This document shows, one piece after another, positions 52,747 to 61,159 of a stretch of 64,000 bases of DNA. The position numbers and the translations under genes are program-made. Positions within the stretch are counted from its first letter, which is position 1; each line of letters opens with the position of its first letter. The stretch lies in contig JAOUIA010000002.1 of assembly GCA_029884335.1 (NCBI GenBank), positions 34,474 through 98,473 on the forward strand, in the 5' to 3' direction. This DNA is from Betaproteobacteria bacterium (GTDB lineage: Bacteria > Pseudomonadota > Gammaproteobacteria > Burkholderiales > Casimicrobiaceae). Under the pieces are notes generated by a model. The model saw nothing but the letters and a program-made list of their open reading frames with translations, did not search any database and was not told where the DNA came from.

Positions 52747-52846
52747 ACCGCTTGCGGCAGTGCGGCTCGCGGAGCTGCACCGGGAACCCGCCCGGCGCCC
52801 TGAGGCAGGTGCCGGGCCCGTAGCCGTGGTCCTCGATGCCTTGAAC
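52747..52846 (-). pseudogene. Possible 3' relic of a VOC/glyoxalase-family gene cut at GTTC
   Basis: Minus frame VQGIEDHGYGPGTCLRAPGGFPVQLREP resembles VOC C-termini, by pattern recognition only. Confidence 0.4.
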
Positions 52847-52969
52847 GATGGGCAACTCCACCGCACCGAGTTCCAGCAAGTCACGTTGTCACGGATTGAC
52901 GCTGGCGAGCCGACCGGGACATGGAGTGGTTGCGCGTCGTCGCGGAGGTGTTTCGCCGCGTTGCGCGGG
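52847..52969 (-). mobile_element. IS91-family oriIS end, copy A
   Basis: 123-bp ungapped homolog of 55855-55977; minus strand ends GTTGCCCATC followed by GTTC. Confidence 0.7.
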
Positions 52970-53058
52970 AGACGCGCGCCCGCCGACGTGCGCGCCGGTT
53001 GACATGCCGGGAGTCTTTCACGGACGCCCGTCAAACTGCTGAACGCTGCGCTACGGGA

Positions 53059-55815
53059 TCAGCCAGCCGGATTGCCGATCCATGCCAGCACCTCCGCGAT
53101 CGCCTGTTCGGACGGCAACGCCGCCCCTGCCGCAACGGTGGCCGCTGCTGCACCTTCTCCCAGCACCTCACGGCATGCCGCGATGATCGCGTCGTATTGC
53201 TCCCGCGTATCGTGCGTTCGTGGCGTGGCGATGGCGTGGCGCAAGGCGTCGGCGGCGCCGCACAGATGGGCCGCCTTCTCGTGCGACGCCTGCCGTGTCA
53301 TCAGCGCCGCCACGGCTTCGAGGCAAAGCACGACTTCGTGCTGATTGCCGATCTCCTTGCTGGTTGCGAGAGCGCTGTGGAAGTGCGTGCGGGCCAGTGC
53401 CAGGTCGCCCTGAGCGAGGGCGATCTCGCCCAGGTGTCGCACCAGTTCCAGTTCGAATTCGCGGACACCGAACTCTCGTGCCGTCGCCAGCGCCCGCTCA
53501 TGCAGCATCCGTGCTTGCGCAAACTCGCCTTCGCGCTGCGCCAGGAAACCGAGGTGACTCAACGACGTCGCTTCTTCCATCGGATTGTCGAGCGCGCGGC
53601 TGAGCTCGAGGGAGCGTTCCGCCGCTGACTGGGCCTCGCGGAATCGTCCACGCGTCACGGCGAGCGCGGCGAGGTTGTTGAGCACGCGAGCTTCCATGCC
53701 GCGGTTGCCTGTGGCCTGGTGAATGGCTACTGCTTGCTCGAGAAAGGCCTGGGCACCGACGTCGTCGGCCTGATGGATCGCCACCCCTCCCAGGTTGCTC
53801 AGCACGCGGCCTTCTCCCGTGCGGTCGCCGAGTTCACGGCTGAGTGCCAGCGCGGCCTCCAGCTGGGATCTGGCAGCGGTGATGTCGCCGAGTCGCCAGG
53901 CAAGCGTGCCGGATGCGTGCAATGCCTTCAGGTAGGCGGAGGTACCGGACTGGCTGGTGGCGTGGGCCAGTGCGGCAAGGCACCACCGAAGACCCTCGCG
54001 CGCGTGGCCGCGGTGCGCCCAGAACCGGTAGAGCGCCCCGCAAAGGCGCAAGCCGGTCTCGTCGTCGTCTGTCCCGTCGATGCTGAAATCGAGCGCCGCC
54101 CGCAGGTTGTCGTGCTCGACATCGAGTCGCGCCATCCAGCCCGGCTGCTCCTGCCCGCCCTCCAGGTACGGCTCCGCCGTTTCGGCAAGCTCCAGGAAGC
54201 AGCCGACATGGCGCATGCGGACGGCATGGCGCGTGTCCAGCTTGTCGAGGCGATCCCGCGCGTACTCGCGGATGGTTTCCAGCATGCGATAGCGCGCCCC
54301 GTCGCCGTCCGGCACCACGAGCGACTTCTGGGTCAGGCTGACCAGGAGCTCAAGCACGTCGTCCCGTGCAAGATCCTGATCTGCACACACGGCTTCTGCA
54401 GCCGGCAATGTCCAGCCGCCAACGAACACCGATAGCCGGGCAAACAGCATCTTCTCGCCGGCACCGAGGAGGTCGTAGCTCCAATCGATCAGCGCCCGCA
54501 GCGTTTGCTGGCGTGGAAGCGCGCTGCGGGCCCCTCCGGTCAGCAGGCGAAAACGGTCGTCGAGGCGCCCGCAGATCGTCGCCACGCTGAGCACGCCCAC
54601 GCGGGCCGCAGCCAGTTCCAGCGCCAGCGGAATGCCATCCAGCCGGGCACAGATCTGCGCGACCAGGTGCACGTTGCCCTCGCTCAACGCAAACTCCGGC
54701 AGTCGGAGCCGCGCTCGCTCGACGAAGAGTCGGCCGGCGTCGGAACGCGCCGCGTCCTCGGCACGCGACTCGGGTCCCGGCAGTGCAAGCGGCGGCAACG
54801 GAAACGTCTGTTCGCCGGAAACATTGAGCGGCTCGCGGCTGCTCACGAGCACGCGGACATGGGGCGCGGCGTGCAGCATCGCGTCGACCAACGTGGCGCA
54901 GGCGCCGACCAGATGCTCGCAATTGTCGAGAACGAGAAGCAACCGGCGTGAAGCGAGATGCTCACACACGGTCTCGACAACGGATGTGCCCGTGGCCTCC
55001 CGCAGGCCCAGAACCTGCGCCACCGCCGTCGGCACCAGCGTAGCGTCGACGATCAACGCGAGTTCGACAAGCCAGGCACCATCCGGATAGGAGTCGAGGA
55101 GGTCGGCGGCGATCTGCAGCGACAGACGGGTCTTGCCGATGCCGCCCGGTCCGACGATGGTCAACAGGCGCGCGCCCCCGAGCAGCGCGCGAGCCTGGGC
55201 AAGTTCCCGCTCGCGACCGATGAATGAAGTCACCTGCTGGGGCAGGTTGTGCGGGATGGCCTCGAGCGAGCGCAGGGGTGGGAATTCCCGCCGCAGATCT
55301 TGATGCACCACCTGATAGGCGCGGGCCGGCGCAGCCAAGCCACGAAGCCGGATCATCCCAAGGTCGCTGAGCGAGACCCCTGCCGGCAGGCGGCCCGCCA
55401 GAAGTTCGGCCGCGCTTTGCGAAAGCAGCACCTGCCCGCCGTGCGCTGCACCCATGATGCGCGCTGCCTGGTTGACTGCAGTGCCGAAGTAGTCGCCATC
55501 GCGGTGCTCGACGGCGCCGACGTGCAGCGCACAGCGAACCCTGACGGGTATGCCGGAGGTTGCTGCAGGATCGGCCAACGCCCGCTGGATCGCCAGTGTT
55601 GCTTGCAGTCCGTTGAGCGGATCGTCGAAGGCGGCAAAGATGCCGTCCCCCGTCGATTTCAGTATCGTGCCGAGGCTGGACTCCACTGCTGCGCGCAACA
55701 TCGCATCGTGGCGTGCCAACGCGTCCCGCATCCGATCCGGCTCCTTCGCCCACAGACCGGTGCTCCCCTCGATGTCGGTGAAGAGCAAGGCCCTGACCAC
55801 GGAGGCGTCATGCAC
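53059..55815 (-). CDS. Class III cyclase + NB-ARC-like ATPase (COG3903-like) + TPR protein
   Basis: FTDIEGST, LKSTGD, VNQAARI, GPGGIGKT, LLVLDNCEH, LDGIPLALELAA, then TPRs. AAGGA SD before GTG 55815. Confidence 0.9.
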   Translation of the reverse strand: MHDASVVRALLFTDIEGSTGLWAKEPDRMRDALARHDAMLRAAVESSLGTILKSTGDGIFAAFDDPLNGLQATLAIQRALADPAATSGIPVRVRCALHVGAVEHRDGDYFGTAVNQAARIMGAAHGGQVLLSQSAAELLAGRLPAGVSLSDLGMIRLRGLAAPARAYQVVHQDLRREFPPLRSLEAIPHNLPQQVTSFIGRERELAQARALLGGARLLTIVGPGGIGKTRLSLQIAADLLDSYPDGAWLVELALIVDATLVPTAVAQVLGLREATGTSVVETVCEHLASRRLLLVLDNCEHLVGACATLVDAMLHAAPHVRVLVSSREPLNVSGEQTFPLPPLALPGPESRAEDAARSDAGRLFVERARLRLPEFALSEGNVHLVAQICARLDGIPLALELAAARVGVLSVATICGRLDDRFRLLTGGARSALPRQQTLRALIDWSYDLLGAGEKMLFARLSVFVGGWTLPAAEAVCADQDLARDDVLELLVSLTQKSLVVPDGDGARYRMLETIREYARDRLDKLDTRHAVRMRHVGCFLELAETAEPYLEGGQEQPGWMARLDVEHDNLRAALDFSIDGTDDDETGLRLCGALYRFWAHRGHAREGLRWCLAALAHATSQSGTSAYLKALHASGTLAWRLGDITAARSQLEAALALSRELGDRTGEGRVLSNLGGVAIHQADDVGAQAFLEQAVAIHQATGNRGMEARVLNNLAALAVTRGRFREAQSAAERSLELSRALDNPMEEATSLSHLGFLAQREGEFAQARMLHERALATAREFGVREFELELVRHLGEIALAQGDLALARTHFHSALATSKEIGNQHEVVLCLEAVAALMTRQASHEKAAHLCGAADALRHAIATPRTHDTREQYDAIIAACREVLGEGAAAATVAAGAALPSEQAIAEVLAWIGNPAG

Positions 55816-55854
55816 GCGGCAGTTCCTTTCAAGGGCCGGCGCCGAATGACCAAG

Positions 55855-55977
55855 GATAGGCAACACAACCGCACCGAGTCCAGGCGGATCAGGCGATCAC
55901 GGGTTGACGCGGGCGAGCCGACGGGCACAGGGAGTGGTTGTGCGTCGCCATGGGGGTGTCTTTGCGCGTTGCGCAGG
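55855..55977 (-). mobile_element. IS91-family oriIS end, copy B
   Basis: Minus strand ends GTTGCCTATC followed by CTTG; preceded by a transposase C-terminal relic. Confidence 0.75.
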
Positions 55978-55978
55978 T

Positions 55979-56035
55979 GGCCCGGGCCGGTGGCGTGATC
56001 GGCTCACCGAGGTGGGCGAGGATGTCGCGCACGCG
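55979..56035 (-). pseudogene. IS91-family transposase C-terminal fragment
   Basis: RVRDILAHLGEPITPPARA resembles the ILxHLGxPxxPP..AR tail of IS91/ISCR transposases. Confidence 0.6.
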
Positions 56036-56071
56036 AAGGCGAATCCCGGCAAGCTGGCGCTGGGCAGCGCC
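56024..56071 (+). pseudogene. 48-bp fragment of a Bug-family gene
   Basis: Encodes VAHAKANPGKLALGSA; 42/48 nt identical to the inverted 56577-56624 segment. Confidence 0.55.
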
Positions 56072-56081
56072 CGCGCGGGCT

Positions 56082-57059
56082 TCAGTCGGCCTTCGCCCCC
56101 ACATCCTTCGCGATCTTCGTCCACTTGGCGATTTCGCTCGCGATGAAGCGCGCGAACTCGTCGGGCGCGCCGCCGACCACGTCGAGCCCGCCGCCGGCGA
56201 GCTTCGCCTTGACGTCGGGCATCGCCATCACCTTGTTGAACGCGTCGTTGAGCTTGCGCACGACGTCCGGCGGCAAGCCCGCCGGCCCGACGACGCCCTG
56301 CCACGCCGTGGCCTCGAAGCCGGGGAGGCTCTCGCCGATCGTGGGAAGCGCGGGCGCGTTCGGCGAGCGCTTCGGGCTCGCCACCGCGAGCGCCACGAGC
56401 TTGCCGGTGGCGACGTGCGGCATCAGGTTCGCCTGGTCGCCGATGACCACCTGGATCGTGCCGCCGAGCAGGTCGGTCACCATCGGCCCGCCGCCCTTGT
56501 AGGGCACGTGCGCGAGGTCGGTCCCGGTGCGCGACTTCAGGAGCTCGGTCGCCAGGTGCGGCAGGCTGCCGCTGCCGGCGCTGCCGTACGCGAGCTTGCC
56601 GGGGTTCGCCTTCGCGTGGGCGACGAGCTCGTTCACCGATTTCACCGGCACCGAAGGGTGCGCGACGAGCACGTAGTTGACGTCGACCGTGCGCACGACC
56701 GGGGTCAGGTCCTTCAGGGGGTCGTACGGCATCTTCGCGTAGATGCCCACGTTGATCGCGAGCGAGGCGATGTTGCCGAGCAGCAGCGTGTACCCGTCGG
56801 GCGGCGACTTCGCGACGAACTCCGCGCCGACCATGCCTGACGCGCCCGCCTTGTTCTCGACCACGACCGTCTGCCCGAGCGCCTCGGAGAGCGGCTGCTG
56901 GACGACGCGAGCGTAGAAGTCGACGGCCCCGCCCGGCGGGAAGGGGACGATCACGCGGACCGGCTTCGACGGGAACGGCTGCGCGACGGCGCCGGCTGTG
57001 ACGGCGAGGGCGGCCGCACCCAGCACCAGCGCCGCCCTGTGAGCGAACTTGATCAGCAT
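56082..57059 (-). CDS. Bug/TctC tripartite tricarboxylate transporter substrate-binding protein
   Basis: VPFPPGG, VENKAGASG, PDGYTLL and HVPYKGG motifs. Start re-called to 57059. Confidence 0.93.
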   Translation of the reverse strand: MLIKFAHRAALVLGAAALAVTAGAVAQPFPSKPVRVIVPFPPGGAVDFYARVVQQPLSEALGQTVVVENKAGASGMVGAEFVAKSPPDGYTLLLGNIASLAINVGIYAKMPYDPLKDLTPVVRTVDVNYVLVAHPSVPVKSVNELVAHAKANPGKLAYGSAGSGSLPHLATELLKSRTGTDLAHVPYKGGGPMVTDLLGGTIQVVIGDQANLMPHVATGKLVALAVASPKRSPNAPALPTIGESLPGFEATAWQGVVGPAGLPPDVVRKLNDAFNKVMAMPDVKAKLAGGGLDVVGGAPDEFARFIASEIAKWTKIAKDVGAKAD

Positions 57060-57157
57060 GCTGTCTCCTGTTCCAATCGCTGTCGTGGCGCGCTTCGGCG
57101 GCCTGCGCGGGTGCTGCGCTCTCGCGTCCTCCCGCAACCCGTTCCAGCCCTTCGCCC

Positions 57158-58291
57158 ATGACCAGTATCGCAAAGATCGACCGGTGGGTGTTGCGCGCCC
57201 CCATCGAGCGGCCGCTCGCGAACGCATTCGGCGCGATGAGCAACCGGCCCGCCCTGTTCGTCCGGATCACTGCGGACGACGGCGCGTGGGGGTGGGGCGA
57301 GGTCTTCTGCAACTTTCCCCAGGTCGGCGCCGAGCACCGCGCGCGGCTGCTCGACTCGGTCTTCGTCCCGCTGCTCGCCGCAGCTGCCGACGATCCCGCG
57401 ACCGTCCGCGCGATGCTCGACAGGCGGACGCGCCAGATGGCCATCCAGTGCGGCGAGCCGGGACCGTTCGCGCAGATTGCCGGCGCGATCGACCAGGCGC
57501 TCTGGGACCTCGCTGCGCGCCGCGCGGGCGTTCCGCTCTGGCGGCACCTCGGCGGCAACGACCGCGCTGCTGCGGTGTACGCGAGCGGCATCGGTCCCGA
57601 CGATGTGGTCGACGTCGCGCTGGCGAAGCGCGATGCCGGCTACCGTGCGTTCAAGCTCAAGGTGGGGTTCGGGCCGCAGCGCGACGTCGCGAACCTGCGC
57701 GCGCTGCGCGTTGCGCTGGGCGAGGGCGCGACGATCATGGCCGACGCGAACCAGGCGTGGTCGCCCGACGATGCGGTGGCGCGCATCGCGGAACTGGCGC
57801 CGCCGCGTCCGCACTGGATCGAGGAGCCGATGCTGGCCGACGTTGCGCCCGCCGCGTGGCGCGCGCTGGCCGCGCAGAGCCCCGTTCCTCTCGCGGCCGG
57901 CGAGAACCTGCGCGGGGCGCAGTTCGCCGAGGCGATCGACGGCGGCTGGCTGCGCTTCGTGCAGCCGGACGTCGGCAAGTGGGGCGGCGTGTCGGGCGCG
58001 CTGGAAGTGGCGCGGCACGCGCGCGAGCGCGGCATCGCGTTCTGCCCGCACTGGCTCGGCGGCGGCATCGGCCTCGCGCACTCGCTGCACCTGGTCGCCG
58101 CAGCCGGCACGAGCGCGAGCTTCGCCGAGGTGGACGCCAATCCGAACCCGTTGCGCGAGCGCGTCTGCCCGATGACGGTCGAGGAGGGCGCGGTCAGGCT
58201 CGGCGATGCGCCCGGCATCGGCTTCGAGCCGGACCTCGCGGCGCTGGCGGGATTCGTCGTCGACGCCGGCGCGCGGACGCCGGGGCGTTGA
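57158..58291 (+). CDS. Mandelate racemase/muconate-lactonizing enzyme family protein
   Basis: GWGE, IDQALWDL, FKLKVG, MADANQ, WIEEP, AAGEN and QPD motifs. Confidence 0.9.
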   Translation: MTSIAKIDRWVLRAPIERPLANAFGAMSNRPALFVRITADDGAWGWGEVFCNFPQVGAEHRARLLDSVFVPLLAAAADDPATVRAMLDRRTRQMAIQCGEPGPFAQIAGAIDQALWDLAARRAGVPLWRHLGGNDRAAAVYASGIGPDDVVDVALAKRDAGYRAFKLKVGFGPQRDVANLRALRVALGEGATIMADANQAWSPDDAVARIAELAPPRPHWIEEPMLADVAPAAWRALAAQSPVPLAAGENLRGAQFAEAIDGGWLRFVQPDVGKWGGVSGALEVARHARERGIAFCPHWLGGGIGLAHSLHLVAAAGTSASFAEVDANPNPLRERVCPMTVEEGAVRLGDAPGIGFEPDLAALAGFVVDAGARTPGR

Positions 58292-58453
58292 GGCCCCGCG
58301 CTTCAGCGCCGCGCCCGGCGGGGCGCGGCATTCGCGTCGGCACGCGTGCCGGTGTCGCGCACGGTGCCGCGAGCCGTCCGCGGACGCGGCGCGCCGTGCA
58401 GGATCTGTCGAGCCTGCGACCAACCGATCGGGGACAACCCGCTCGGCCAGCCG

Positions 58454-60109
58454 CTATCGTGCCGGCTGGTCGCGGCGTGCCGACGATTGCCCGGGCGGCG
58501 GCGCCGGCCTGTCGGGCGAGAGCTGCAAATCCGGGGTTCGCGAAGGGGCGTCCGGAACGGCCGCGCCGCGCCGCTCCGGTTCAGCCAGGGCTCCGGCGAC
58601 GAGTTCCCGCAGGTCCGGCGACAGGCCGTCCTTGCCGGCGACGAGGGCCTCCAGCGTGCGGCGCGCCTCCTTTGCGTCCGCGCCCAGCGCGGCAACGTAG
58701 AAGACGTCGCGCCTGAAGTCGAAGAACGCGTTCAATGTCCGGGCATCGCTGGCTTCCAAACTGCGCAGGTCCCGCGCAAGCAGCTGGTCCATCATCGCGA
58801 GGCTTCTGGGCAGGTCGGCGCGCTTGCGATCGATGCACGCCCGCATGGCCTCCCACAGTCGCTCCGAGCGAAGCGCATAGTCCAGCCGCGCCTCGCTCCT
58901 GGCCGTCGACTCGAAGCACATGTGCTTCAGCAGGGCGGCGCCAAGCACGGGTCGTTCGTCCGACAGCAGCTCGGCAAGATGCGGCAGCGCTTCGGGGCCG
59001 TACCACTCGAGCGCCGAGGCGGTTAGCCAGGACAGGCGCTCCGGCGCGGCACCCCATTGCACGGCCAGCTTGTCGAGGTAGGCCTTCAACAACTCGCGCT
59101 GCGAAGCGGGCGTCAGCAATTCGAAGCCGTCGCGAGTCGCCTGGCGCGACCCGGTTCCCACGGCGCCGATCGGCATCTCGAACTTCTCGCCGGAGCGGGT
59201 CTCCAGCAGCAGCGGCGGCAGCGCCGCAGCGCCGCTCCCGACTGCGCGCGCGTCTCGGTCCTTGCGCGAGTGGATCGCCTGCGGCAGAGTTGCCGTCGCA
59301 TCGTCCAGCCTCGCCTCGATGCCCAGCACTGCGAGGTCCACGGTGTCGTAGCGGATGACGACGTGCTGGCTTTGCGGCGGGCGACCGGGCGTGCGCAGGC
59401 TATGTTGCCGGCAACGCAACTCGGTCACCTCGCCGGTCTTGCCGCGAAAGCCGACGCGGTAATGCTGCTTCGGCACGTCGCAATCGAACCGCCAGCGCGC
59501 GAGCAGCTCGATGGCCTCGTCGGCGTCCCGCAGCGGCGGGCGCGGCGCCGCCTGCAGGCGGCGCACGCTGACCGGCTGATGAATCGCCGCTGGGCGGAGC
59601 ATCGCATCGACCACCCGCGCGTAGCTCGCCACGCTCGGATACACGGCGCCCGGGGCCGCGAAGCGCTGGCAGGCGCCCGACAGCTTTGGCGAATCGAAGA
59701 ACGCATACCGGCAACCGGACTCGGCGAACTCGACGGCGCCGTTGCGGCGGAACCCGAACTCGACGGTGTCCGTACGCGACAGGATTCCCCCGGGCGCCCT
59801 GAAGCTGCGCTCGCAGCGCAGGTGCTCGGCACCCGCGTTTCCCCCTGCGGGAGTCACGGTGGCGCAGGCGAAGTCGAGGTCGCCCATGAGCGCGGTCAGC
59901 TCCTCGATATCGACGTACTGGTGAAACCAGTAGCCGGTCGCCGCGGGGAACCACGCGCCGCCGCGCATGAAGCTGCGCGGCGCCGGGACGTCCGCTGCCA
60001 CGACGTCGGCGACGCGTTCGCACGCGGCCAGGCCAAGCGCGGCGGCGAGCACGAGCCCCGCCGCCGCGATCGCGCGCCTTCCTCGCCCGCGCGCAAGCGC
60101 GAGTCTCAT
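58454..60109 (-). CDS. Hypothetical lipoprotein
   Basis: LGLAAC lipobox; ATG 60109 overlaps the upstream TGA. Confidence 0.7.
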   Translation of the reverse strand: MRLALARGRGRRAIAAAGLVLAAALGLAACERVADVVAADVPAPRSFMRGGAWFPAATGYWFHQYVDIEELTALMGDLDFACATVTPAGGNAGAEHLRCERSFRAPGGILSRTDTVEFGFRRNGAVEFAESGCRYAFFDSPKLSGACQRFAAPGAVYPSVASYARVVDAMLRPAAIHQPVSVRRLQAAPRPPLRDADEAIELLARWRFDCDVPKQHYRVGFRGKTGEVTELRCRQHSLRTPGRPPQSQHVVIRYDTVDLAVLGIEARLDDATATLPQAIHSRKDRDARAVGSGAAALPPLLLETRSGEKFEMPIGAVGTGSRQATRDGFELLTPASQRELLKAYLDKLAVQWGAAPERLSWLTASALEWYGPEALPHLAELLSDERPVLGAALLKHMCFESTARSEARLDYALRSERLWEAMRACIDRKRADLPRSLAMMDQLLARDLRSLEASDARTLNAFFDFRRDVFYVAALGADAKEARRTLEALVAGKDGLSPDLRELVAGALAEPERRGAAVPDAPSRTPDLQLSPDRPAPPPGQSSARRDQPAR

Positions 60110-61092
60110 CGCGTCGCGTTCCTTCGCGCCGGCTCGGCCTCGGGTGCTCGTCGAGCGCGGGCAAGGACGTAGAGCAGGCGCGCGTGCCAGACAAGGGAGA
60201 CGACGCAGAATGCGACGAGAACGCGTGCGCTGTGCGTGTCGAACGCGAGCCCGGGCCGTTCCACGAGCCAGGCCGCGAGCAGGAGGCAGCCGACCGCCGA
60301 CCAGCACGCGATCAGCGAGTGCCGTCGCGCGAAATTCGGCGTGCGGCCGAGGAGGATTCCGATGCCGGCAGCGGTCGTCAGCGCGTGCGGCGAAATCAGC
60401 AACGCGAGGCAGACGAACACGAACATCTTCAGGAGCCCGTCCGCGTCCGCCACGCCCGGTCCCGCCCCGACGTCCAGCAGTGTCGTTGCGCCGAACACGT
60501 CGTGCAGGCGCCACAGCACCGCGACGGCTGCGATGCCGAGCAGGATCTCGACGCACGCGCCGATGACGACGGCGCGCGGGTGCTTCGTCTGCGCTGGCGC
60601 CGCAGTGGTCGCCGCCGGCGCGGCTTGCTCCGGGCGCGCCGGTTGCGGTCGCCCCCGGAACTGCAGCTGTACGTACGGGCGGCCGAAGTACCAGAAGTAC
60701 GCGGCGGAGAAGACGAGCGTCGTGCCGGCCAGCAGTGTGTTCGAGTCGAATTGCCAGGAGGCGGCCTGGAGGGCGATCTGTAGCGCGACGACGCCGGCGG
60801 CGAACAGGAACACGCCCCGGGCGACGCGGCGCGACCACTCGCTCCTGAGCATCAGGCCGACGCCAAGCGCCACGGCGAGCACGTTGCCGGGCGCGAAGAA
60901 CAGCTGCATCGCGAGCACGAGCCCGCGCGACGTGGTAAACGGCGGCTCCAGCAGCGTGAAGTACGAGAGCGCCGTCAGGTGCAGCCATTGCAGCAGCGGG
61001 TTGACGATGAGAACGGCTGCCAGCAGCGTTACGCCACCCTTCCCCGGCGGTCCTGCCGGCCCCGTTTCCGCGCCGGCCCGGCCGACGGTCAC
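60106..61092 (-). CDS. Hypothetical multi-pass membrane protein
   Basis: About 8 hydrophobic segments; GGAG SD before GTG 61092. Confidence 0.7.
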   Translation of the reverse strand: MTVGRAGAETGPAGPPGKGGVTLLAAVLIVNPLLQWLHLTALSYFTLLEPPFTTSRGLVLAMQLFFAPGNVLAVALGVGLMLRSEWSRRVARGVFLFAAGVVALQIALQAASWQFDSNTLLAGTTLVFSAAYFWYFGRPYVQLQFRGRPQPARPEQAAPAATTAAPAQTKHPRAVVIGACVEILLGIAAVAVLWRLHDVFGATTLLDVGAGPGVADADGLLKMFVFVCLALLISPHALTTAAGIGILLGRTPNFARRHSLIACWSAVGCLLLAAWLVERPGLAFDTHSARVLVAFCVVSLVWHARLLYVLARARRAPEAEPARRNATR

Positions 61093-61159
61093 GGCGTTGC
61101 TCCGGCGCGGCTGCCGTGCATCGAACTGCGTGGCGCGCGCCGTCGGAGCGCTGCCTTCG

